This document shows positions 1 to 9,375 of a stretch of DNA of 64,000 nt, piece by piece. The stretch is taken from IMG/VR virus record IMGVR_UViG_3300020204_004643, positions 6,627-70,626 of that record; one strand, written 5' to 3'. The number at the start of each line of letters is the position of its first letter. Within the stretch, counting starts at the first letter, position 1. The notes under the pieces were generated by a model that worked only from the letters and a program-made list of their open reading frames with translations, ran no database searches and was not told the DNA's origin. The stretch comes from a virus. Made by a program: the position numbers and the translations under genes.

Positions 1-450
1 ACATATAATAAAGAAAGAATTACTTTTGACGGAATGAGAGACTTGTATTCTGAAAGCCATGTACTCTTAATGGTAATGAGAATGTCAAGCTGGGGGTTAG
101 CAGTGCATGAATCTATGTGTTGTAAATGTTTACCTATTGTTGGAGATTTTTCTCCCTCTAATGAAATGCAAGCTCCTATCAGCATAAAGCCAAGCGTAGA
201 GATAGCGATCAGAAATAAACTACAATCACTTACTTCTTTTGGGTTAACTAATTGCTATGGTTCTTTTTCTTTTGCAGAAGAACCTAGATATTATGATTTT
301 GATACAGATGAATACGCACAAAAATTAATTGAAGTTAAAGAAAACTGGAATGGAATTTCATCGTTTGATTACAAGCAAATCATCAAAGACAACTGGACAT
401 GGAAGAAGTCAGCAGAAAATTTAGTTAAGTATTTAAAATCGCATGAATAA
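1..450 (+). CDS. Glycosyltransferase (GT-B/GT4-like), C-terminal part; 5' end lies before the window
   Basis: Frame open from base 1 (TYNKERITFDGM). SSWGLAVHESM resembles the GT4 E-x7-E region; ends WTWKKSA like the next GT. Confidence 0.65.
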   Translation, partial: TYNKERITFDGMRDLYSESHVLLMVMRMSSWGLAVHESMCCKCLPIVGDFSPSNEMQAPISIKPSVEIAIRNKLQSLTSFGLTNCYGSFSFAEEPRYYDFDTDEYAQKLIEVKENWNGISSFDYKQIIKDNWTWKKSAENLVKYLKSHE

Positions 451-1468
451 TTTAAAATTTAAAGTTATCGGCGACCCAAATAATAAAGCCAGATTTAGTA
501 GCAAAATTATAACAGACTCTTTAAATGAAGCTGCAAAATCTTTAGGAATTTATTCTGATGATTCTTTGATTGTCATTTATGATGGTTGCTGCAATGATCA
601 TGGTTACAAAGCAGATGCATTTATCTGTACCTATGAAATATCTTTTTCTAATATCCTTTTGCAAAAAGCTGGAGGCAAACCAATACTTGGAGTTAGTAAA
701 GATAATTTAAATTTTATCTTAAAAGGCGGATATGATGTAAATTACTCTGGGTATTTTCCTCTTGGAGTAGACTCCAGTCTTTATCCAAAAATAGAAAAAA
801 CGAAAAACCTATCACAATTTGTTGTTGGAGTTTATACCGAATCTTTAATAAGAGGAGGAGTAGAATTATGCTTACAGTCTTTCGCAAAAGCTTTTTCTAG
901 AGATAAAACTGCGAAATTAGTAATTAAAGATAGGAATGGGACAGAAAGGTTTTCTCAATTTGTCGATCATTTCTCTAAAGAAAATAATATTATAGTAGAG
1001 TATCAAAATACACATTTTAATGATATCTCTCAAATCACAGAATGGTTTTCTGGTGTTGATTGCCACCTTTACATGAATAGGTCTAGCACTTGGGCCATGC
1101 CTCCACTTGAGTCAATGACGATGGGTATACCTACCTTAGCGGTTGCATATTCTGGACCTAGAGAGTATATTTTTGATAGACGAACCGGAATAGAGATTCC
1201 ATTTTCCGAAGTAGACATAAATAAAGATTTTCAAACATTGACAGAAATAGGTTGTAGAAATTTCTTTTTCTTATCCGGGTATTCTTCTGCTCCCACTTGG
1301 GCGGTAGGCAATACTACAAAAGCTGCTGAAAAATTAATTGAGCTAAAGAATAACGCCGAATTACGAAATTATATTTCTACAAATGGCAGGAAATACGCAA
1401 TAGAAAATCTATCTTGGGAAAAGAGCGCGTTAAGGCTGCAAGAACAATTGAAAAGATGGTATAAATGA
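443..1468 (+). CDS. GT4-family glycosyltransferase
   Basis: PLGVD; RSSTWAMPPLESMTMGIP; YSGPREY; C-terminal LSWEKSA. Confidence 0.85.
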   Translation: MNNLKFKVIGDPNNKARFSSKIITDSLNEAAKSLGIYSDDSLIVIYDGCCNDHGYKADAFICTYEISFSNILLQKAGGKPILGVSKDNLNFILKGGYDVNYSGYFPLGVDSSLYPKIEKTKNLSQFVVGVYTESLIRGGVELCLQSFAKAFSRDKTAKLVIKDRNGTERFSQFVDHFSKENNIIVEYQNTHFNDISQITEWFSGVDCHLYMNRSSTWAMPPLESMTMGIPTLAVAYSGPREYIFDRRTGIEIPFSEVDINKDFQTLTEIGCRNFFFLSGYSSAPTWAVGNTTKAAEKLIELKNNAELRNYISTNGRKYAIENLSWEKSALRLQEQLKRWYK

Positions 1469-2472
1469 AAATTTTATATTTAGATTTAAATGATGACAAC
1501 CTAATAGAAGATTATTCTTCTAATCCAAATAAGTATGGAGGAGGGAGAGTTTTCGCAAGTGCAGCCTTGCAAAAAGATAATAAATTTTTTATAGCAGCAG
1601 GAGAAAAATGTTTTAGTAATATTTCTAATAAAAATAACTGCATAATTACATCAGAAAAACAAAGAGCAGATATTGTCTTAGGGAAAAGACTAAAAGACAT
1701 TATTCCTCAATCAGAAGAATTTGATATTTTTGTTTATCATAGGTTTGATACCGTTCTAAATCTAGAAGGTTTAAAAGGAAAGCAGTGCTGCTGGGCAGTC
1801 GGGAGAGATGAGAAAATAAACCCAGAAATGGAAAATCTCTTACTCTATGATCGGCAGAATCAAAATAGCATCGTATCAAATAAGACAAAAATTTATGATG
1901 TAACGATTGGAGTACATGTTCCTGTGTTTCAAGAATATCAAAAAGAAAAACTTATTTTTCAATGTACAAGGCATGAAGGTATTTTCGGTAGTATTGAAGT
2001 TGCTCAATTATGCAGAAAATATTCGATCCCATTAGTTCTTGCTGGCCCCATTCAAAACGGATATCCATTAATGCAATATGTTGATAGCAATTTGATAAAA
2101 TATATCGGAATAATATCTAATTCTGAAAAAGCTTTTTATTACAAAAAAGCCATGCTCACGACATATTTACATTTTTGGCAAACTCCATTTAACCTTAGTG
2201 CAATAGAGTCTTTAAGCTATGGTACTCCCATCATGTCAACGCGAAATGGATTTTGGCCTAAGCTTATAAAAAATAGTATAAACGGGTACATTATCGAAAC
2301 AGAGATGGACTTTGTTGAAAGCATAAACAATTGTTTAAACATAAAACAAAAAGACTGTTATAATTCTTCATTAAATTATTCTTCTGAAAAAATGGTAGAA
2401 TCTTTTTATTCAGCATTTAATAATATAATTAAAAACAATAAAAATAAAATCACATTGGGTCTTCTTGGCTAA
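1465..2472 (+). CDS. GT4-family glycosyltransferase
   Basis: N-terminal YGGG; LVLAGP; TPFNLSAIESLSYGTPIMST; INGYII. Confidence 0.85.
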   Translation: MKILYLDLNDDNLIEDYSSNPNKYGGGRVFASAALQKDNKFFIAAGEKCFSNISNKNNCIITSEKQRADIVLGKRLKDIIPQSEEFDIFVYHRFDTVLNLEGLKGKQCCWAVGRDEKINPEMENLLLYDRQNQNSIVSNKTKIYDVTIGVHVPVFQEYQKEKLIFQCTRHEGIFGSIEVAQLCRKYSIPLVLAGPIQNGYPLMQYVDSNLIKYIGIISNSEKAFYYKKAMLTTYLHFWQTPFNLSAIESLSYGTPIMSTRNGFWPKLIKNSINGYIIETEMDFVESINNCLNIKQKDCYNSSLNYSSEKMVESFYSAFNNIIKNNKNKITLGLLG

Positions 2473-2507
2473 TACAAAAGGAATAAAACTATATCTCTAT
2501 TCCAAAA

Positions 2508-3275
2508 ATGTTAAAAATAGGCATAGTAGGCGTTGGGTATCAATGTGATAATTTAAATCAAATACTTGAACCTTGGCTAAAATTAAAAGCCTTATATCCT
2601 GATAGCGTTTTTATTTCTGTAACTACTGCTTTATTTAAAGAACGACGAGAACTTGGCAAAGTTTATGACAATAACCGAATGGAAAAAGAAGTGGGTTCTC
2701 TTTTATTAAGTAAATCAATTGATTATTTTAATATAGTTAAGGAACCAATATTAGATTTCCAATCTAGAAACTACTGTTGGGAAAACTTAAAAGCTCACGA
2801 CCTAGACTTAGTTTGGCAATTAGATTTATTTGACGAATATTATTCTTTTGAAGAAATATTAAATACCTTAAAATGGATACAAGAAGAAAACTTATATGAT
2901 ACTTATCATGTCAATTTTAAGAACTACATAGGAGTTAATAAAGACAGATATGTGTTAGATTTTGCCCCAGCCAGAATAAACTGGGTAAAGAAAAATAACG
3001 GAATAAAGAAATGGTATTGGGACAATTGGCTAGAGTACAATAATAATACAAAAAGCGAATTTAGTTCAAGAAAAATAATTCCAAGAACGATATGCAACCC
3101 AAAACATCTATCATGGGTTGGAACAAAGGATTTCTTAATAAATAAAATTAATTATCAGCATAAAGCGATAGGATGTTGTTCTTATTCTTGGAATAATGAA
3201 AAACAAGATCTAGATTTCGATTATAATTATTATAGGAAATTTAGTATAATGATACCAGAAGTATACAAAGCATGA
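2508..3275 (+). CDS. Putative GT-A (GT2-like) glycosyltransferase
   Basis: SRNYCW...VWQLDLFDEYY (DxD-like), late HLSW; glycan-cluster context. Confidence 0.5.
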   Translation: MLKIGIVGVGYQCDNLNQILEPWLKLKALYPDSVFISVTTALFKERRELGKVYDNNRMEKEVGSLLLSKSIDYFNIVKEPILDFQSRNYCWENLKAHDLDLVWQLDLFDEYYSFEEILNTLKWIQEENLYDTYHVNFKNYIGVNKDRYVLDFAPARINWVKKNNGIKKWYWDNWLEYNNNTKSEFSSRKIIPRTICNPKHLSWVGTKDFLINKINYQHKAIGCCSYSWNNEKQDLDFDYNYYRKFSIMIPEVYKA

Positions 3276-4156
3276 AAAAGAAAATCTGGCTAGCTGGGCA
3301 AGTAGGAGGAAGCGGAGAGCTTGAAAACATAAAGACTCTTGTTTCATTTAAAGAGTACTTTGAAGGAATATGCTTTTGTGTTAATTATCAAAAAGAAGAT
3401 TTCTCTGACGATGATGGCACATACAAAACGCTTTTAGAAAATAAAAAAAATGGCAGAATAGTTAGGTCTAATTGGGTAAATATTAATTCGCTTGGAATGA
3501 CAATGGCTATCCAAGCTGGTCCGATAAAGTTTGGCGATTGGGTTCTTATGCTTGATTCTCAAGAAGAACCAAAAAAGCAATTCCTAGAAAAACTTCATGA
3601 TAATATAATTCAGTGGGAGGCTAAAGGTTATGAAGCCGCTGCATGGGGAAGACCATATCTATTTAAATTTTATCCAGATATGACCTTTCAACCAACTTCT
3701 GTTCATACAACTATACACCCGATAAGAACAAAGTGCGTCGATTTAAGAGATGAATCAAAAGTCGTTTACGATGAAAACGGCGTACATTTTGCCGATTTTA
3801 TTTACAACAAAAAGAAGTTCCCTAACTCTATGCTTTTGCATGGAGTAAAATATTGCTTATGGAATGTCTCAAATCAAATGAGAATGTTTTACCCAAATGA
3901 TTCAGAATTCGAAATCCATGAAGAACAAAGAATAATTTTTAATTTGAAGCTAGAGGAATTAGGATTTGAAAGAAGTCTTGATGGATTAGCTCATTTTATC
4001 AGATCAGAGTATTTTAAAGATTATATAGAATACTTTGAATGGGAGTTTGTTTTCAAAGATTTCTATAGATATTCTTTGTTAAATCATAGTATTAAAGATA
4101 TTATAAATAGTAGGAAAACTTGGAGCTTGAAAGAGTATTTAAAAAATGAAAACTAA
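3272..4156 (+). CDS. Putative GT-A (GT2-like) glycosyltransferase
   Basis: FSDDDGT near the N-terminus, DWVLMLDSQE; context. Confidence 0.5.
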   Translation: MKKKIWLAGQVGGSGELENIKTLVSFKEYFEGICFCVNYQKEDFSDDDGTYKTLLENKKNGRIVRSNWVNINSLGMTMAIQAGPIKFGDWVLMLDSQEEPKKQFLEKLHDNIIQWEAKGYEAAAWGRPYLFKFYPDMTFQPTSVHTTIHPIRTKCVDLRDESKVVYDENGVHFADFIYNKKKFPNSMLLHGVKYCLWNVSNQMRMFYPNDSEFEIHEEQRIIFNLKLEELGFERSLDGLAHFIRSEYFKDYIEYFEWEFVFKDFYRYSLLNHSIKDIINSRKTWSLKEYLKNEN

Positions 4157-5309
4157 ATGGCCCTTAAATGTGTCTAATTTTTCTTTATTAGACAGAATAA
4201 AAATAGCCCTTTTCTTTTTAAAATCAAATAATTTTTGGACCATGAATAAAAAGGTTCAAGAGTTTGAATTGAAAATGTCTGAATTTGCTCAAGTAAAACA
4301 TTCTATATTTGTGGCAAATGGTTCAGTAGCTAACACTTTGGTAGCTATGTATCTTAAGGATCATGTTTTTACAAAGACGAAAGACACAATAATATTTCCG
4401 TCTACTACATGGATCACCTCTGTTTCGCCATTCATAAGAGAAGGGTTTAAACCTAAATTTATTGATATTAGCTTGGAAGACTTCTGTCTTGACCTTAAAA
4501 AGACGGAAGCTTATTTAGAAAAAAATTCTAAAAATGTAGCTTGTATTTTCGCAACTTCTTTGCTTGGCTTCGTGCCAAATATAGAAAAATTAAAAGAACT
4601 ATCTGGAAAATATAATGTAAAAGTAATGATGGATAATTGCGAAAACACTTTTGGCAGTTATGAAAATAAAAACATATCTTCATTTTTTACATCTACTACA
4701 AGTACTTATTTTGGGCATCAACTTCAAAGCGTAGAAGGGGGTTTCGTTTTTACGAACGATGATGATGAAAAAGATTATTTTCTAATGGCTAGAAATCATG
4801 GGATGACTAGATCTTTAATTAATAATAATAGATATCTAAATGAGAATGTCGACTCAAAGTTTGATTTTTATTTGTTAGGCAATAACTTTAGGAATTCTGA
4901 TATTCATGCCTATATAGGCTTGCTTGATTTCGAAAGAGTACAAGAGTATATAGATAATAGAAAAAATCTTTATAGTTTATTCGAATCATATTTAGATCCA
5001 AATAAATACATAATAGCAAAAAATTTTTATAAGAGGCAACCTGTAGCTTTTTGTTTACCTATCATTTTTAGAAAAACAGATAACGATAAATTTAAATCAG
5101 CACTACAGTTTTGTAAAGATAACGACATAGAAACAAGACCAATCATTTCTGGAAATCTATTGAGACAGACATGCTTTGAAAAATTTGATAAATTTGCTAA
5201 TTTTAACAACAGTGAATTTATTCATCAAAATGGATTTTACATAGGCTTGCATAATAAACTATGCGAAAGCCAGATTAACCAAGTAACGAATTATTTAAAC
5301 AACCTTTGA
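4146..5309 (+). CDS. DegT/DnrJ/EryC1/StrS-family PLP enzyme, ColD/E1 (3-dehydratase) type
   Basis: FVANGSVAN, MDNCE, STYFGHQLQSVEGG (His at the Schiff-base Lys position), RNHG, IETRPIISGN. Confidence 0.85.
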   Translation: MKTKWPLNVSNFSLLDRIKIALFFLKSNNFWTMNKKVQEFELKMSEFAQVKHSIFVANGSVANTLVAMYLKDHVFTKTKDTIIFPSTTWITSVSPFIREGFKPKFIDISLEDFCLDLKKTEAYLEKNSKNVACIFATSLLGFVPNIEKLKELSGKYNVKVMMDNCENTFGSYENKNISSFFTSTTSTYFGHQLQSVEGGFVFTNDDDEKDYFLMARNHGMTRSLINNNRYLNENVDSKFDFYLLGNNFRNSDIHAYIGLLDFERVQEYIDNRKNLYSLFESYLDPNKYIIAKNFYKRQPVAFCLPIIFRKTDNDKFKSALQFCKDNDIETRPIISGNLLRQTCFEKFDKFANFNNSEFIHQNGFYIGLHNKLCESQINQVTNYLNNL

Positions 5310-5310
5310 A

Positions 5311-6099
5311 ATGAAAAATATAGCTGTAATTGGATACGGATATGTTGGAAAAGCAGTAGCGAACTTTTTTAAAGAAAGACATAAGATTTATATATTTGAT
5401 CCAGTTTACGAGAATTGTCAAAGCAAAGAAGTAATCAATCAGGAGTGTGAATATGCTTTTATTTGTGTACCAACTCAACCAAGAGAAGATGGTTCTTGTG
5501 ACACTTCTTTAGTTGAGCAATGTTTTTCTTGGATAAATGTAAAGAATATAGTAATTAAATCAACCGTAAAACCGGGAACTACAGAATATTTATCTGAAAA
5601 ATATAATAAGAAAGTAATCTTTAGCCCAGAATTTGCTGGAGAAAATAAATACTGGTCTCCTTATAAGTTTATGAAGGACATCAAAGAATGTCCATATTAT
5701 ATATTCGGAGGAGACGCAGAAGTTTGTGAAAATGTAATTAATTTATATCAAGAAATTGCTGGCCCAGATAAATCATACCGCAAGACGACTAGCAAAACAG
5801 CAGAGACTGTTAAGTATTTAAAGAACTCTTTTTATTCTGTCAAAGTCGCTTTTTGTAATGAGATTTTTGATTTGTGCAAAAATACCGATATATCATATAC
5901 AGAAGTTAGAGACCTTTGGCTTTTAGATCCAAGAATGAATAAGTCTTTCACTTCTGTTTTCCCAGACAATAGAGGATTTGGAGGAAAGTGCTTCCCTAAA
6001 GACAGCAAAGCTTTTGTCAAATATGCAAAAGACAACGATGTGAATCTTTCAATTCTTGATCAAGCAATTGAATCTAATAAAAAAATAAGAGGAGAATAA
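5311..6099 (+). CDS. UDP-glucose/GDP-mannose dehydrogenase family protein (short form)
   Basis: VIGYGYVG, FICVPT, IKSTVKPGTT, FSPEF, AETVKY, GFGGKCFPKD; ends before the usual C-terminal domain. Confidence 0.9.
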   Translation: MKNIAVIGYGYVGKAVANFFKERHKIYIFDPVYENCQSKEVINQECEYAFICVPTQPREDGSCDTSLVEQCFSWINVKNIVIKSTVKPGTTEYLSEKYNKKVIFSPEFAGENKYWSPYKFMKDIKECPYYIFGGDAEVCENVINLYQEIAGPDKSYRKTTSKTAETVKYLKNSFYSVKVAFCNEIFDLCKNTDISYTEVRDLWLLDPRMNKSFTSVFPDNRGFGGKCFPKDSKAFVKYAKDNDVNLSILDQAIESNKKIRGE

Positions 6100-6101
6100 A
6101 A

Positions 6102-7160
6102 ATGAAAAATGTTATTGTAACAGGAATTTCAGGGCAAGATGGTTCTTACATGGTAGATTACTTAATAGAGAATACAAATTATAATATTTTTGGAGCAGTA
6201 AGAAGGTTGTCAAAACCTAATTATTCTAATTTCGCTGGACATCTTAATAATAATCGTTTAAAGCTTGTAACCCTTGATCTTTCAGATTCTCAATCTATTG
6301 ATAACGTTGTAAGAGAAATTAAACCTGATTATTTTATTAATTTTGGCGCTCAGTCTTTCGTGGGATCAAGCTGGCAAATTCCAGAGCAAACATTTGATGT
6401 TGATGCTATTGGTGTATTAAGATGTTTAGAAGCTATTAGAAAACATGTCCCAGCATGTAGATTTTATAATGCGGGAAGTTCAGAAGAGTTTGGAGATGTA
6501 AAATATGTACCCCAAGATGAAAAGCATCCTATGTCTCCTAGGTCTCCGTATGGTGCTGCTAAAACCGCTGCACGCTATATTGTAAAAGTATACCGCGAAT
6601 CTTATAATCTTTTTGCAATTCAAGGATATTTGTTTAATCATGAATCTCCCAGAAGAGGAGAAGAATTCGTAACTAGAAAAATTACCAAAGGAATAGCCAG
6701 AATTATTAAATCAATTAAAAACGAAGAATCTTTTGAACCAATAAAATTAGGCAATTTAGATTCAAAACGAGACTGGAGTCATGCATTAGATTTCGTCGAT
6801 GGAGTATGGAAAATGCTCAATCAAAAAAAACCAAATGAATATGTTCTTTCTAGTGATGAGACTCATTCAATTAGAGAATTTGTTGAAATAGCTTTTAAAG
6901 AAGCGGGTATCGAAGGGTGCTGGCATGGGAATGGAATATCAGAAGAATTTTCTGTTGTTAATTATATTATTGAAGAGTACAATTTGCAATCATCAGTTCT
7001 TGTAAAAATAAATTCACAATTTTTTAGACCAGCAGAGGTTGACATTCTGCTAGGAAATAGTACTCTAGCGCGGAAAGAATTAGGCTGGCAACCCAAATAC
7101 TCATTTAAAGATTTAGTGAGAGAAATGGTTGCTAGTGATTTGGCTACTGATGACAATTAA
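6102..7160 (+). CDS. gmd: GDP-mannose 4,6-dehydratase
   Basis: TGISGQDGSY, AQSFV, SSEEFG, PRSPYGAAK, FNHESPRRGEEFVTRKI, LGNLDSKRDW, RPAEVD. Confidence 0.95.
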   Translation: MKNVIVTGISGQDGSYMVDYLIENTNYNIFGAVRRLSKPNYSNFAGHLNNNRLKLVTLDLSDSQSIDNVVREIKPDYFINFGAQSFVGSSWQIPEQTFDVDAIGVLRCLEAIRKHVPACRFYNAGSSEEFGDVKYVPQDEKHPMSPRSPYGAAKTAARYIVKVYRESYNLFAIQGYLFNHESPRRGEEFVTRKITKGIARIIKSIKNEESFEPIKLGNLDSKRDWSHALDFVDGVWKMLNQKKPNEYVLSSDETHSIREFVEIAFKEAGIEGCWHGNGISEEFSVVNYIIEEYNLQSSVLVKINSQFFRPAEVDILLGNSTLARKELGWQPKYSFKDLVREMVASDLATDDN

Positions 7161-7536
7161 ACAAAAGATTGTAGAAAAATTCGTTAAATCTGATAGAATA
7201 TATTGGCCGCGAGACATGAAGGCAGCAAAAACTTTATTAGAAAAATTTCCAGAAGAATCTTTTTGGGAATGGCTTGAACCTTACCCTTTGGTAGACATGC
7301 TACCTTTTCTTCTTTCTGAACAAAATATAAACTATTTAAATAATAAATATAAAATATTTTTAAATCAAAAAGAATTAAAAAATAAGAAAAAGAAACTCGA
7401 AGAAGCTCTTGACAAAAAAGAAGATTCCTGCCATAATCTAGCAGAGCCTAAAGTCGGGAAAGATAAGGTTTTTTCAAAAAAACCTAAAACAATAAAAGAA
7501 TTTTTATCCTATGGGAAGACCTCCGAAACAAACTGA
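7150..7536 (+). CDS. Hypothetical protein (Lys-rich)
   Basis: ORF overlapping both neighbours; ATG 7150 preferred over the track start 7129. Confidence 0.55.
   Translation: MTIKQKIVEKFVKSDRIYWPRDMKAAKTLLEKFPEESFWEWLEPYPLVDMLPFLLSEQNINYLNNKYKIFLNQKELKNKKKKLEEALDKKEDSCHNLAEPKVGKDKVFSKKPKTIKEFLSYGKTSETN
7409..7437 (+). promoter_or_regulatory. Sigma70-type promoter upstream of the recA-like gene
   Basis: TTGACA (7409-7414), 17 bp spacer, extended -10 TGcCATAAT (hexamer 7432-7437); lies inside the upstream ORF. Confidence 0.6.
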
Positions 7537-8656
7537 AGAAAAATCAACCGGCGCAAATGCTTCAAATCGTTTGAACGCAATTTTAAATAGCAAAGAACAT
7601 CAAAGTGATCATTTTAATTTCGAAGATTCTGTAAGCTGGAAAATTTCTACCGGCAGTCTTTTGTTAGATGCCGCAGTAGGCGGAGGAATTACTCCTTCTT
7701 TGATACGCCTTTGCGGCCCCAATAACGAAGGAAAAACTCCTCAAGCTCTAGAAATAGTTAGAAACTTTTTAAGTGACGTTCCAAAAGCAAGAGTTGTTTG
7801 GATTCTAGCAGAAGGAAGACTCTCAAAAGAAAATAAAGAAAGATGCGGTTTAAAATTTGTTACTGATGCAAACGAATGGACCGATGGTTCAGTTTTTATC
7901 CTAGAGTCAAACGTTTATGACTTAATTATTAATGTAATTAAAGACCTTGTATTGAATAATGAAGAAAATATTAGATATTGTTTTGTAATTGATTCAATGG
8001 ATGGCCTTATTCTTAAACGAGACAAAGAGACTAATCCTGTAGATGCTAGTAAAGTAGCAGGCACTCAAGTAATTAGTAAAAAATTGCTGCAGTCATTGAG
8101 TATTGGAATGTTCAAACATGGTCATTTAATGATTGCTATTAGTCAAATTACTTCAGAAATTAAGATTGATCCCTATGCTAAGACCGCTCCAAGAGGAGGA
8201 ATGTTTAGCGGAGGAAACGCTTTGCTTCACTGGGCAGATTTTATTTTAGAGTATAGTACAACAGCCATGAATGATTTCATTCTTGATAATCCTTCTGGTA
8301 AAATGAATGACGGCAAAAGTAAATCAATAGGCAAATACTCTAAAGTAATCATTCAAAAGTCTACTTCTGAAAGCACTAGAAAGACAATAGTTCAATATCC
8401 TATTAAATTTGGCAAAAAGCCTTCTGGCATTTGGATCGAATATGAAATTTTAGATTGTCTTCTGATGTGGGAATTGGTTACTGCAAAAGGAGCTTGGATT
8501 ACTGTCGATGATTCTTTGATCGAAGAAATGAAGCAAAACGGAATTGAAATTCCAAAGCAACATCAAGGAAGAGATAATTTTAGGAAATGGCTTGAAGAAA
8601 ATGAACAGGCGTGCAAATATCTGTTCAGCAAACTAAAAGCTGTTCAAACAAAATGA
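7511..8656 (+). CDS. recA: RecA/UvsX-like recombinase
   Basis: ISTGSLLLDAAVGGG, Walker A GPNNEGKT, Walker B VIDS, ISQI, SGGNAL, KGAW. Confidence 0.85.
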   Translation: MGRPPKQTEEKSTGANASNRLNAILNSKEHQSDHFNFEDSVSWKISTGSLLLDAAVGGGITPSLIRLCGPNNEGKTPQALEIVRNFLSDVPKARVVWILAEGRLSKENKERCGLKFVTDANEWTDGSVFILESNVYDLIINVIKDLVLNNEENIRYCFVIDSMDGLILKRDKETNPVDASKVAGTQVISKKLLQSLSIGMFKHGHLMIAISQITSEIKIDPYAKTAPRGGMFSGGNALLHWADFILEYSTTAMNDFILDNPSGKMNDGKSKSIGKYSKVIIQKSTSESTRKTIVQYPIKFGKKPSGIWIEYEILDCLLMWELVTAKGAWITVDDSLIEEMKQNGIEIPKQHQGRDNFRKWLEENEQACKYLFSKLKAVQTK

Positions 8657-9072
8657 GACTCTTTACAATTACTGGTAAATTACTTAATAAAAATGTCTCT
8701 AAATTTTTGATAGATTGGGATAAGAAATCTCGTTCAAATATTCAATTTGAAGTTAAACAATTTCTGAAACCATTTTGGAAAACTCATATTTGCTATGAAG
8801 AGTTTCCAGTTTTCGGCACAAGAATGAAAGTAGATTTTATTAATTTCACAAAAAAGATAGCAATTGAAGTTAATGGAGATCAACATAATTCTTTTAATAA
8901 ATTTTTTCACAATAATTCGCGATTGAATTATTTAAACTCTATAAAGCGAGATTATAAAAAATCAGAATGGCTTGAGAAAAATCAAATCCAACTTATTGAG
9001 TTAGAGGCAAAAGACATACCCAAGTTAACTGTTGATTATATAAATCATACATTTAATATACTAATAGTGTAA
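8653..9072 (+). CDS. DUF559/Vsr-like endonuclease
   Basis: EEFPV..MKVDF..IAIEVNGDQH..KRD..K..W; ATGA overlap with the recA stop. Confidence 0.75.
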   Translation: MRLFTITGKLLNKNVSKFLIDWDKKSRSNIQFEVKQFLKPFWKTHICYEEFPVFGTRMKVDFINFTKKIAIEVNGDQHNSFNKFFHNNSRLNYLNSIKRDYKKSEWLEKNQIQLIELEAKDIPKLTVDYINHTFNILIV

Positions 9073-9080
9073 TATAACTT

Positions 9081-9371
9081 GTGGGTAATAAAAATAAACA
9101 TTTCCAGTTCCCAGAAAGTATTCTGACGCAAATAGATGAGTGTTCTCAGGGAGGATTTTTATTATTCACGTTCGACAAAAGCGGCATGCCGGAAGTTCGA
9201 TCAAAATTCGATAATCCGCAAAATGCCATGGCAATGCATTATTATATAATTAATTGGTTCAATGCGATTGAACAAATAAACCTTGAAAATACAATAAAGA
9301 ATATCAGAGTTGTCGAATCTGAAGAAGACGAAGATGATGACGACAGCGATGATGGAGATATAAAAAAATAG
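9081..9371 (+). CDS. Hypothetical protein with acidic C-terminal tail
   Basis: GTG start, EEDEDDDDSDD tail; AGTGTAAT motif just upstream. Confidence 0.65.
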   Translation: MGNKNKHFQFPESILTQIDECSQGGFLLFTFDKSGMPEVRSKFDNPQNAMAMHYYIINWFNAIEQINLENTIKNIRVVESEEDEDDDDSDDGDIKK

Positions 9372-9375
9372 ATTA

